This document shows positions 8,119 to 17,284 of a stretch of DNA of 18,785 nucleotides, piece after piece. A model generated the notes under the pieces. The model saw nothing but the letters and a program-made list of their open reading frames with translations, did not search any database and had not been told where the DNA came from. Position 1 is the first letter of the stretch. Each line of letters begins with the position of its first letter. The stretch comes from a virus (lineage: Duplodnaviria > Heunggongvirae > Uroviricota > Caudoviricetes): the IMG/VR virus record IMGVR_UViG_3300042890_004094, one strand, 5' to 3'. The position numbers and the translations under genes are program-made.

Positions 8119-11100
8119 CTAATATTTTAATATATTATTGACTCCGGCGTTGAGAGATATTGAGAATGCTGTGTCAAGCGATCCATTGGCATTAATCCTA
8201 GCAATTCTGTTTACACTCTGTCCTTTATATGTAATAAAATTCCCTCCTACTAAAATTTTTCCATTCGATTGTAACATTATCGAGTTTGTGCTACTGTCAA
8301 ACCCTGAAAGATAGTCAGAACTTGATTTAAAATCTATACTTACGGATCCATCCGAATTCAATAAAGCTATTCTCCTTTCATTGCTTGTGCTATAGTTGGT
8401 AAACTGTCCTCCCATTAAAATTTTATCATTAAATTGAATTATTCTAAAAGGTGGGTTATTCAGGAACAATAAAAAATCTGTATCAATTGAACCATTTATA
8501 TTGAGTCTGATAATTCTACTAATAGTGGATAAGAAAGAGCCAGATACTATAATTTTTCCATCAGTTTGTTGAAATACTGAAGAAACACTACTACTAAGTA
8601 GTGAACCAATATTAAAAGTAGAATCTACTGTTCCATTAATATTTAGTCTTTCTAAATAAGCGCTTCTTCCAGGAAGAGCTGTAAAATCTCCTCCTACCAG
8701 AATTTTCCCATCAAGTTGTATAAATAGTGATCTTACAGAACTAATAAATGAAGGTGGTGTAAAAGTGGAATCAAGTGAGCCATTGGTATTAATCCTTGCT
8801 ATATATGTGCGTGTTGAACCATTATATGTAGCAAATGCTCCACCCACTAGAATTTTCCCGTTGGAAAGCAACACCATATCATATGTAAGACTATCAAATC
8901 CTGTTCCAGTGACAAATGTTGAGTCCAATGAACCATCTGTATTGAGTCTGATAATTCTATTCTGGGTTAAACCTTTATATGTAGAAAAATCACCTAATAT
9001 TATAATTTTTCCATCAGATTGAATAACAATTCTTCTAACAGACTGATTAAATCCTGTTCCAATATCAAATGTTGAGTCCAATGAACCATCTGTATTGAGT
9101 CTAATAATTCTATTTCGGGTTGAACCATTATATGTAGTAAATGCTCCACCCACTAGAATTTTTCCATCACCTTGTACTGCTATTGCGAATACAATATTAC
9201 TAAATCCTGTTCCAATAACAAATGAAGTGTCTAGTGAACCATCTGCATTGAGTCTAGCAATTCTATTCTGAGTTAAACCTTTATATGTAGTAAAATCACC
9301 ACCTACTAGAAGTTTACCGTCTACTTGAGTAGTTACATGTACCGTGTTATTAAATCCTGTTCCAATATTGAATGATGAGTCTAGTGAACCATCTGTATTA
9401 ATTACAGCTATTCTATTTAACTGTAAAAGATTGGCATATGAAAAATTACCACATATTAATATTTTTTCATCAGATCTAATTGCAAATCCTGTTACAGTTG
9501 AGTCACATGCTGCTATAAATGAAGTGTCTATTGAGCCATTTTCATCGAGTCTAGCAATCCTGAGTCGTGTCAATCCACTGTATGTTGTAAACACTCCACC
9601 CACTAGAATTTTTCCGTCAGATTGTGTTGATAATGTATTTACAGTACCATTAAATCCAGTACCAATAACGAATGATGAGTCTAGTGAACCATCGGTGTTG
9701 AGCCTGATAATTCTGTTCTGAGTTAAATCTTTGTATGTAGTAAATGCTCCACCCACTAGAATTTTCCCATCAGATTGTATTGATAACGCATTTACATTAT
9801 TATTGAATCCTGTTCCAACAATAAATGATGAGTCTAGTGAACCATCGGTGTTGAGCCTGATAATTCTGTTCTGAGTTAAATCTTTGTATGTAGTAAATGA
9901 TCCACCTATTATAATTTTCCCATCAGTTTGCAATACCATTATGTTTACATCAGCATTAAATCCAGTACCAATAACAAATGATGAGTCTAGTGAACCATCT
10001 GTATTGAACCTAATAATTCTGTTTTGAGTTAAGCCATTGTATGTAGTAAAAGAACCTGCCATTATAAATTTACCATCAGTTTGTCTTAATTGTGAAAAAA
10101 CTGTAGATAAACTATTAAATTCATCTTCTAAATTAAAGTTTAAATCTAATGAATTATCCAAATTTATTTTTAATAGACGTGATACAGGAGTTTTGTATAT
10201 TTCGGTAAAATTACCGCCTACTAAAATTTTTCCATCAGATAAGATTTTAATTGTTATTCCTGCATTTCCGTCTGATGACTCTGTATTAAAACTGATGAAT
10301 GATTTATCTGCTACTCCATTTGTCTCAAGCCTAACTATTCTGTTTCTAGTCAAACCGTTATATGTTGTAAAATTACCACCTACTATAATTTTACCATCAC
10401 TCTGTATTGCTACATAATATACTATGAATAACGGACCATTAAATCCTGTTCCGGTGACAAATGTTGAGTCCAAAGAACCATCAGTATTGAGCCTGACAAT
10501 TCTGTTCCGACTTACGCCGTTATACGTTAAAAAAGATCCTACTACTAGAATTTTTCCGTCAGATTGTACTGCTATTGAGTAAACAAGATCGTCAAATCCT
10601 GTTCCAACAATAAATGATGAGTCTAGTGAACCATCTATATTGAGTCTAATAATTCCATTTCGAGTTGAACCATTATATGTAGTAAAACCACCGACTAATA
10701 AAATTTTACCATCAGTCAGAATTTTTATTGCAGTTACATTATTGTTGAATCCTGTTCCAACAATAAATGATGAGTCTAGTGAACCATCTACATTGAGTCT
10801 GATAATTCTATTCCGAAGTGAACCATTATATGTAGTAAATGATCCACCTATTATAATTTTCCCATCAGCTTGAATAGCTATTGAAGATACAATACTACCA
10901 AATCCTGTTCCAATATCAAACGATGAATCCAAAGAACCGTCTATGTTAAGTCTAGCTATATAGTTTTGAGTTAAACCTTTGTATGTAGTAAAAGAACCAC
11001 CTACTAAAATTTTACCATCAGCTTGTACTACTATTGTCTGTACTTGACCAAAGCTACCAAATCCATTACCAATATTAAATGTTGAGTCCAGTGAGCCATC

Positions 11101-11442
11101 TGTATTGAGTCTAGCAATTCTGGTTTGGGTTAAACCTTTGTATGTAGTAAAAGAACCACCTACTAAAATTTTACCATCGGTCTGGATTTCTATTGTCTGT
11201 ACTTGACTATTAAATCCAGTTCCAATACCAAAAGTTGAGTCCAGTGAATCATCTAAGTTGATTTTACATAGCCTGTTAACAGAAGTGACATTTGCTGAAC
11301 TAAAAGTACCTCCGATGATGATATTATCCATGTCTTGAATAAATGTGCTACCTTCCAGATTAACTATAGAAGGAGATTCAACCGATGATATCCTTTCAAT
11401 GCTATTAGCTACGACATTGCTTATTTTAACTATATTTCCCAT
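8119..11442 (-). CDS. Delta-60 repeat (DUF5122/TIGR02608-like) multi-beta-propeller protein, 21 repeats
   Basis: I counted 21 repeats of about 51 aa with consensus Q-x-DGKILVGGxFTTYNGxTxNRIxRLNxDGSLDSxFxxGTGFNxxV. No signal peptide or C-terminal secretion domain is visible. Confidence 0.9.
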   Translation of the reverse strand: MGNIVKISNVVANSIERISSVESPSIVNLEGSTFIQDMDNIIIGGTFSSANVTSVNRLCKINLDDSLDSTFGIGTGFNSQVQTIEIQTDGKILVGGSFTTYKGLTQTRIARLNTDGSLDSTFNIGNGFGSFGQVQTIVVQADGKILVGGSFTTYKGLTQNYIARLNIDGSLDSSFDIGTGFGSIVSSIAIQADGKIIIGGSFTTYNGSLRNRIIRLNVDGSLDSSFIVGTGFNNNVTAIKILTDGKILLVGGFTTYNGSTRNGIIRLNIDGSLDSSFIVGTGFDDLVYSIAVQSDGKILVVGSFLTYNGVSRNRIVRLNTDGSLDSTFVTGTGFNGPLFIVYYVAIQSDGKIIVGGNFTTYNGLTRNRIVRLETNGVADKSFISFNTESSDGNAGITIKILSDGKILVGGNFTEIYKTPVSRLLKINLDNSLDLNFNLEDEFNSLSTVFSQLRQTDGKFIMAGSFTTYNGLTQNRIIRFNTDGSLDSSFVIGTGFNADVNIMVLQTDGKIIIGGSFTTYKDLTQNRIIRLNTDGSLDSSFIVGTGFNNNVNALSIQSDGKILVGGAFTTYKDLTQNRIIRLNTDGSLDSSFVIGTGFNGTVNTLSTQSDGKILVGGVFTTYSGLTRLRIARLDENGSIDTSFIAACDSTVTGFAIRSDEKILICGNFSYANLLQLNRIAVINTDGSLDSSFNIGTGFNNTVHVTTQVDGKLLVGGDFTTYKGLTQNRIARLNADGSLDTSFVIGTGFSNIVFAIAVQGDGKILVGGAFTTYNGSTRNRIIRLNTDGSLDSTFDIGTGFNQSVRRIVIQSDGKIIILGDFSTYKGLTQNRIIRLNTDGSLDSTFVTGTGFDSLTYDMVLLSNGKILVGGAFATYNGSTRTYIARINTNGSLDSTFTPPSFISSVRSLFIQLDGKILVGGDFTALPGRSAYLERLNINGTVDSTFNIGSLLSSSVSSVFQQTDGKIIVSGSFLSTISRIIRLNINGSIDTDFLLFLNNPPFRIIQFNDKILMGGQFTNYSTSNERRIALLNSDGSVSIDFKSSSDYLSGFDSSTNSIMLQSNGKILVGGNFITYKGQSVNRIARINANGSLDTAFSISLNAGVNNILKY
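9671..9899. repeat. 76-bp exact direct repeat (9671-9746 = 9824-9899) within adjacent delta-60 repeats 11 and 10
   Basis: Base-by-base comparison. The offset is 153 bp, which is 51 codons. Confidence 0.9.
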
Positions 11443-11445
11443 TTA

Positions 11446-13299
11446 TTAAACTTCAATCCATATAGACTCAGGATTAAACAGTATTTTTTTTGTTTCAATT
11501 GATTCTAAAGAATATCCTATTATTCTAACAACGTTTCCTGATCCACTTGGTCCAGTTGCAGTAAATTGACCAGGTGTTACTGATAAATACAGAGGAACTC
11601 CTGTTATAAATGAAGTATATCCACTATTTGTATTTTCCCCTTTTAACAATATTCCACTGCTTAGATCAGTACCCAATGCAATTCCTAATAAATTGTAGCT
11701 ATTTGGACCGGCTGTAGCACCTGATGCTAAAAGCCATTGGCCACTACTACTCAAATAATAAATATTTCCAGAAGTTAATGTTGAAGCTGTTCCATAGTAC
11801 ACAATATCACCACTGCTACCTGCACCTTGTGGACCAGTAGGACCTTGTATTCCTTGAGATCCAGTAGGACCTTGTATTCCTTGATTTCCTTGAGGCCCAA
11901 TTGGTCCTTCTGGACCTGTTGGTCCTTGTGGACCATCTACTCCTTGATTTCCTTGAGGTCCAATTGGTCCTTCTGGACCTGTTGATCCTTGTGGACCTTG
12001 TGGACCATCTACTCCTTGATTTCCTTGAATTCCTTGAGGGCCTTGTATATTACCACCATCTACCCAATTACCAAATGAATCATATATCCAAAGTACATTG
12101 TCTATGAGATAGGCAAAACCTTGTGTAGATGGTTGTGGTAATGATACGGTTGATCCTAATTGACCTTCAAATTGTATACCTAATCCAGGTGTACCCTGTG
12201 GACCAATTGGTCCTTCTGGACCTGTTGGACCATGAGGTCCTTCTGGACCTTGATTTCCCTGATTTCCCTGTGGACCAATTGGTCCTTCTGGACCTGTTGG
12301 ACCATGAGGTCCTTGATTTCCCTGTGGACCAATTGGTCCTTCTGCACCAGTTGCACCAGTTGCACCAACTGAACCTGTACCATTTAATAACAAAACATCA
12401 TTATTAGCAGATAAAATTAAAGGAGATGCTGTTGTTCCTAAGTTAATACTATTTACAACTAATGATTCACCATCAGTTGATAAAGGAAGACCACCAATAT
12501 AAATTGTTTGTCCAGAAACGTGTAAGCTTTTCCACTGTGATGCACTTGTTCCTAAACTATACTGACTATCTACCGCAGGAATAATATCAGTTGTTAAACT
12601 TGTTAAATCTAATGATGAGTTATCAGAAGTCATTCCACTTAAATTAAGATACCAGAAACTATAAGTTCCAGAACCTGATGAAAAAGTAGTTACTAATGAC
12701 ATGTCACCTGTTTGTGTGTCATAATAATCAATTTGACCTATAAAGTAAGAACCATCAGTTTCATAATCAGAATTATATAAATTAGGTAAATCACTATAAA
12801 TTACAACATTTTGTGCAGTACTATAAGCCAAATCTGTTTGTGTTACTAAATCAACAACTTCACCAACAACAGGAGTTTCAAATGTTGTACTTGATGTTGC
12901 TGCATATCTATCTGCAGATCCAGTTACACCTTGTGGTCCAATAGATCCAGTTACACCTTGTGACCCGGTAGGACCAACAATAATACCAATTTGTTCAATT
13001 TGATATTGTATATAATTTTGAATATCTTTATCTATTAAAATAGGAACTTTAGTAGTTAAAGTATCTATCTGTTGTTGTAATCTAGTTAACGCAATTTTTG
13101 CCTCATTTTTAGTTGAAAAATCTAATAGTATAACTTTTAAAGATCTTAAACTTATTCTTAATATATTATTAATAGCCGCAATATTTGTAATAACAAATGG
13201 ATCTATTGTATATTTAATATCATTAGTATTATCTAAAATTTTGATACTTTTATCAGATGTAGTGATCGGTCTTAAAAACTTATCGTAACTATAACTCAT
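11446..13299 (-). CDS. 617-aa collagen-like fibre protein
   Basis: One N-terminal copy of the shared module and three Gly-X-Y blocks (about 7, 22 and 25 triplets). The blocks are separated by globular inserts (e.g. '[24 protein letters not shown]', '[21 protein letters not shown]...[12 protein letters not shown]') and followed by a ~120-aa C-terminal beta domain. Confidence 0.88.
   Translation of the reverse strand: MSYSYDKFLRPITTSDKSIKILDNTNDIKYTIDPFVITNIAAINNILRISLRSLKVILLDFSTKNEAKIALTRLQQQIDTLTTKVPILIDKDIQNYIQYQIEQIGIIVGPTGSQGVTGSIGPQGVTGSADRYAATSSTTFETPVVGEVVDLVTQTDLAYSTAQNVVIYSDLPNLYNSDYETDGSYFIGQIDYYDTQTGDMSLVTTFSSGSGTYSFWYLNLSGMTSDNSSLDLTSLTTDIIPAVDSQYSLGTSASQWKSLHVSGQTIYIGGLPLSTDGESLVVNSINLGTTASPLILSANNDVLLLNGTGSVGATGATGAEGPIGPQGNQGPHGPTGPEGPIGPQGNQGNQGPEGPHGPTGPEGPIGPQGTPGLGIQFEGQLGSTVSLPQPSTQGFAYLIDNVLWIYDSFGNWVDGGNIQGPQGIQGNQGVDGPQGPQGSTGPEGPIGPQGNQGVDGPQGPTGPEGPIGPQGNQGIQGPTGSQGIQGPTGPQGAGSSGDIVYYGTASTLTSGNIYYLSSSGQWLLASGATAGPNSYNLLGIALGTDLSSGILLKGENTNSGYTSFITGVPLYLSVTPGQFTATGPSGSGNVVRIIGYSLESIETKKILFNPESIWIEV
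12194..12344. repeat. Exact 49-bp direct repeat (12194-12242 = 12266-12314) plus a 25-bp third copy (12320-12344) in the collagen-coding tract
   Basis: Direct reading; the offset is 72 bp (8 Gly-X-Y triplets). Confidence 0.85.
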
Positions 13300-13313
13300 T
13301 ATTATATTTATTT

Positions 13314-14459
13314 TTATACTGTTATTGTAAGGTCCATATGAACACCTTCTAATGTATTGTGTGCTATATCAGAGAAATTAAATGTTACTGAATAAGTTCC
13401 TGGTAAATTAATAGTTGATAGTGTACTTGAAGTACCAGTTATAATCAAATTAGAAGGCATCATAGACATTGTTCCGTCTCTATTATCAGTTATTGTACTA
13501 ACTAATAAATCAATCAACAATGATTTATCTATGTAAGTTCCACTTGCTGTTCCATAAGTCAATAAAGAGAACTCTGTAGAGAAAGTTAAACCCATTGAGG
13601 TATTATAAGGTCCATTGATTAAATCACCGTTAAAAGCAATAAAATCATTACCTAAATCACCAACTGAACTATAGAAATAAATTATAGGATCTTCGTTATC
13701 ACCAGATTGATATTGTTCAATATCAATATTAGGATTCTCAATAACAAAGTTTAGTAATGAGTGTGCTTGATAAGCATCATATTCTGTTAAAAATTGTAAG
13801 AAAATTGTTCCATAACTAGCGTCATCTATAATTAAAATAGAACCTGTTTTTTCAATTGTTTCAATATTTGCAATATCAAAATAAATTAAAGGTCTTACCG
13901 GAGTTCCTTTATCATTTATTTTAAAGGATTCCCCTACAATATGTGTTTTAATATCAGTCCAGTTTAAACCAACAAATGAAGTACTTGATTGATTAACTGA
14001 ATCATTAAAGAATGTATATGTATCATCAATAACACCAACCATAACATCTAATGATACTGGATATTTCTCACTAGGATTCGATAAGTAAAGTTGCTTAATT
14101 CTATTAGTTGAATTACCAGTTAAAACCATCATTTGTGCCATTGGATAAACCTTAGCCAAGTCGTCATAGTAACTCCAAGTAATATAGTTATCTTCCTCGA
14201 TTACAGATTTTTGATTATAAATAGCTTTTATACAAAGAAAAGTTGCATTATCACCTAGTCCTAAATGATTTAATAAGTAGTTATTTTGACCTGCTTTAAG
14301 TATTACTCTGCTTCTAAGAAGTTGTTTATAAGGCATTCTTAGATCTGAAACAGTAAGTCTATCTACTGTATTTGCACCTTCGATTGCAATAAAATCTCCT
14401 CCACTTACTTTGATATATTGAGCACTTGCTCCAAATAATGATGATGCACATGATGCCAT
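13314..14459 (-). CDS. 381-aa probable virion protein: N-terminal beta domain, an internal copy of the shared module and a C-terminal Ig-like (DUF5011/HYR-like) domain
   Basis: Residues 194-240 align without gaps to the fibre N-terminal module. The C-terminus has 'DNEDPII...ITDNRDG...[16 protein letters not shown]', an Ig-like signature. Confidence 0.8.
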   Translation of the reverse strand: MASCASSLFGASAQYIKVSGGDFIAIEGANTVDRLTVSDLRMPYKQLLRSRVILKAGQNNYLLNHLGLGDNATFLCIKAIYNQKSVIEEDNYITWSYYDDLAKVYPMAQMMVLTGNSTNRIKQLYLSNPSEKYPVSLDVMVGVIDDTYTFFNDSVNQSSTSFVGLNWTDIKTHIVGESFKINDKGTPVRPLIYFDIANIETIEKTGSILIIDDASYGTIFLQFLTEYDAYQAHSLLNFVIENPNIDIEQYQSGDNEDPIIYFYSSVGDLGNDFIAFNGDLINGPYNTSMGLTFSTEFSLLTYGTASGTYIDKSLLIDLLVSTITDNRDGTMSMMPSNLIITGTSSTLSTINLPGTYSVTFNFSDIAHNTLEGVHMDLTITV

Positions 14460-14480
14460 AATAAATTATTTAATTTTAAT

Positions 14481-14494
14481 GTATATATTAAAAA
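14481..14494 (-). promoter_or_regulatory. Candidate phage late promoter TTTTTAATATATAC
   Basis: Lies 21 nt upstream of the ATG at 14459. Confidence 0.55.
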
Positions 14495-14506
14495 TTAAAA
14501 ATCTAT

Positions 14507-17200
14507 TTACTTAATATCTTCAATATTTATTGTATACCTCTCTTTTAATACATCGGAATTTGATATTCTAGTTATTCTAATTTTTTTACCTTTATTAAAA
14601 CTAAAATAAGGAAAGTTAGAAAGTAAGTAACCAGTACTTGTTGATGTTGAATTAAAAGCTAGTGGTAATGATGCAGTTGATCCAAAGTTGACTAAACTCG
14701 CATTTGAACTAATATCTAGTATTATATATGAATCTACTGAATCTACTGATTGAACGGTATATTGACCAGAAAAGTCATAAATAGAAGAAGTTCCAACAAA
14801 TAAGTTATTTAAGTGAAGAACATCACCTGGTTTAATTGAGTTTGTTACTAATGATTGTGGAGCGTTTAAAGGTACTCTCAATATAGAACCAACATCTAAA
14901 AGTATAGACTTATCCAAGTTTATTTCAAATTTAAAGTCATTCCATAAGTATGATGAGTTGGGTTGTTGATTAAATGAGTTATAGTAAACTGGTAAGTTTA
15001 TACCACCTGCTAACAAAACTTGTGTTGTTGTTTGAGTAGTTGTATCTATAATGTCAGTATTCATATAAATATCTAACATTTTATTTTGAGTAGAGAAGTT
15101 ACCACCAAGAATATTAATATCAACTGATTGCTTATCATATAAATCTCTATCAAAAATAAAAGTTAGTTTATCATTATTAGGTAAGTCCAACTCAACTTCA
15201 TCATTATTAGTGAAATTTACTAAAAAGTCTCTATTTCTAGGAACTGTTAGAGTTGCAGGTATAATACCTTGTGAACTATACATATCAGTTGCATTATAAA
15301 CATAAACTCTTTCATAAGAAGTATTTACAGTATCTAATTGTATATAAGGAGGAGTTCCGGGAACTGTAGTAACATCAACTGTATCTGATGATAAAATTTG
15401 ATTAGTTGCATATAATCTTAATAAACTTTCAAGATTTTGAATTTTTGTATTTAGTGTGGCTAAATCTGTTTGTGTGTAAATTAAACTTTTTAGGAAGGTT
15501 ACTTCATCTCTAACATTACCTTGTTCTGCAAGTAAATTGATAAAACTATCATTTGTTGCGGCAAGTCTAGACATAGAAGTATTAAACAAGTTCATGCTAA
15601 ACATAGAATTTATTGCATCTGGATTATATGAATCTTGTGGATTTTCATTTATTATATTAAAGTTTAGATTTAAACTAAATGCAAATGAAGTACCATCTTG
15701 TATTCCATTTGTTACAAACTTTTTATAAGTTGGAAATCTTAAACTAGTTTCTTCCGGAATTACATTATTATCTGGATGATCTAAAAATGAAATACCATAT
15801 AAATTAGTTGTTGATTTACCAGTATTATCCTCAACAGTATAATACCATAAAATAGCATTGAATTCAAAAGAAACTGGTGGTAAATTATTTATCTCTAAAG
15901 CATTAAATTGATCAAAGTTAGTTAAGTTTCTACCTAAAATATTCATTTTAACATAGTGACTTGTATTAAAGTCCATTGTAATACCATCAATGTTTTTACC
16001 ATTGACAATAGGTGAATTTATATTACCATCTATACCATAATATTTACCACTTCTTCTGAATGAGTCACCAGGTGCCGTTTCATATGTAAAATCAACAGTA
16101 TCAAATTGCCCAAAGTAAGAACCTGGATAATTTTGTGGTGTATTTACAATTGGAGAGTTAAATGATTCTGCCCCAATTATTTCTGGTTGATATTGACTAG
16201 GAACAATCGGGAAGGTTTTATTAGGCATATAATTCACATCCGTCATCGTTCTAAAAAGAATATCTGGTGTTTGACCAGTATGATCTGGAATATGTGCATG
16301 AACTTCTGTATAAGAACGATTAGCTTGTTGAACATTACTAACACCCTGAACTTCACCAATATACCTAACTAATCTGTTATAAACTAATTCTGCTTTACAT
16401 GCTACTTCAGTTAAACCATAATCTAAACCACTAATATCAAAAATAATTTTTTGTCCAGATGTACCATCTGGTTCTATTACACGTAAAATCTTTACTTGTA
16501 TACCGTTTGGAGATGAAATTCCTGATAATTCTTCTGAGGGTGGTTGACTACTTTCATAGTTATAAAGTTTTACAATATCACCAACTCTAAAATTAGTAGT
16601 ACTATTAAATTCAACTTCTAGTTTATTAGTAATCAAAGCGGATTCACTAAATATTTTTGTAGTCCAAGCCACAACTTCTCTTTCTTTCCACAAATATTCT
16701 GGAAAATATTGATCATCATTTACATTACCTGATTGAAAATCTGCTAAATTACTAAAGTATTCGTCATCTGGAATTGCTGGTTCAAAATCAATTATATTTA
16801 ATTTCTTTGCCCATTTAAAGAAAATCTTTTCTGTTGTAGTTTCAAGTGCATTGTTATCATAATAATACTCAGTATTATTAAGTTTTGATTCTTTTATAGT
16901 AACTTCTTGATTAGCAACATAGTTTCTTAATGATTCGATTATTTCTTCACTAAAAGAAGCAGCAGGTGTTGCAGCAACTGACTTTCTAAATGTATCGTCA
17001 AAGTTAAAATAAACTGGTTTTGATGCAGTTAGTGAACCCACTTCTAAATTTCGTTTAGGTAAGTTTAATAAAGCATATTTAGAAAAATACATTTTATAGT
17101 TTGAGTTCTGATATGCGGCAGAAATATCTTCTGAGGCACTAGGGAAAGCATAAAACGTAGTACCGTTAGTTTTTAGTGATTTATACAATGGTGTAGCCAT
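14507..17200 (-). CDS. 897-aa hypothetical protein, probably a large-phage virion (tail/baseplate-region) component
   Basis: Long clean ORF within the structural cluster. It has conserved-looking motifs (TFYAFPSASEDI, FSKYALLNLP, EKIFFKW, FEFNAILWYY...TNLYGISFLD), a heptad-like helical stretch (LATLNTKIQNLESLLRLY) and two small beta-barrel-like 'GD' modules. The function is not established. Confidence 0.75.
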   Translation of the reverse strand: MATPLYKSLKTNGTTFYAFPSASEDISAAYQNSNYKMYFSKYALLNLPKRNLEVGSLTASKPVYFNFDDTFRKSVAATPAASFSEEIIESLRNYVANQEVTIKESKLNNTEYYYDNNALETTTEKIFFKWAKKLNIIDFEPAIPDDEYFSNLADFQSGNVNDDQYFPEYLWKEREVVAWTTKIFSESALITNKLEVEFNSTTNFRVGDIVKLYNYESSQPPSEELSGISSPNGIQVKILRVIEPDGTSGQKIIFDISGLDYGLTEVACKAELVYNRLVRYIGEVQGVSNVQQANRSYTEVHAHIPDHTGQTPDILFRTMTDVNYMPNKTFPIVPSQYQPEIIGAESFNSPIVNTPQNYPGSYFGQFDTVDFTYETAPGDSFRRSGKYYGIDGNINSPIVNGKNIDGITMDFNTSHYVKMNILGRNLTNFDQFNALEINNLPPVSFEFNAILWYYTVEDNTGKSTTNLYGISFLDHPDNNVIPEETSLRFPTYKKFVTNGIQDGTSFAFSLNLNFNIINENPQDSYNPDAINSMFSMNLFNTSMSRLAATNDSFINLLAEQGNVRDEVTFLKSLIYTQTDLATLNTKIQNLESLLRLYATNQILSSDTVDVTTVPGTPPYIQLDTVNTSYERVYVYNATDMYSSQGIIPATLTVPRNRDFLVNFTNNDEVELDLPNNDKLTFIFDRDLYDKQSVDINILGGNFSTQNKMLDIYMNTDIIDTTTQTTTQVLLAGGINLPVYYNSFNQQPNSSYLWNDFKFEINLDKSILLDVGSILRVPLNAPQSLVTNSIKPGDVLHLNNLFVGTSSIYDFSGQYTVQSVDSVDSYIILDISSNASLVNFGSTASLPLAFNSTSTSTGYLLSNFPYFSFNKGKKIRITRISNSDVLKERYTINIEDIK

Positions 17201-17222
17201 AAAAAGTCAATATATAGTTTTT

Positions 17223-17238
17223 CATATATATAAAAAAA
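17223..17238 (-). promoter_or_regulatory. Candidate phage late promoter TTTTTTTATATATATG
   Basis: Lies between the terminator at 17257-17281 and the ATG at 17200 (22 nt upstream). Confidence 0.5.
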
Positions 17239-17256
17239 TGAAACCTCTATTAAATG

Positions 17257-17281
17257 AAAAATCCTCACGAATGAGGATTTT
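17257..17281 (-). terminator. Intrinsic terminator with a UUCG loop after the 139-aa acidic gene
   Basis: Minus strand reads AAAATCCTCA-TTCG-TGAGGA-TTTTT, immediately after tandem TAG TAG stops. Confidence 0.8.
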
Positions 17282-17284
17282 CTA

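Noticed and set aside
8113-8121. TAG recoding (alternative genetic code as in some jumbo phages), prompted by TAG-AAA-TAA at the end of the delta-60 gene
   Set aside because: All long ORFs are intact under the standard code, and the gene at 17285 ends in TAG TAG directly before a terminator. TAG therefore behaves as a stop.
9671-9899. Diversity-generating retroelement template/variable repeat pair
   Set aside because: Both copies are coding within one ORF and are identical over the shared stretch, with no adenine-specific mismatch pattern. No reverse transcriptase is present in the window.
11484-11491. A8 run (minus strand) near the 617-aa C-terminus and other A/T homopolymers as frameshift or phase-variation sites
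   Set aside because: Such runs are expected in AT-rich DNA. The ORFs are intact and no alternative-frame extension or stimulatory structure is evident.
855-16372. Other short ORF-track entries overlapping large genes (e.g. 855-1175, 1752-1937, 4635-4973, 6597-6803, 8765-9022, 9344-9721, 10037-10417, 10640-10873, 11901-12407, 12180-12383, 15537-15728, 16187-16372)
   Set aside because: They lie almost entirely antisense to, or out of frame within, well-supported genes and are explained by repeat or codon structure.
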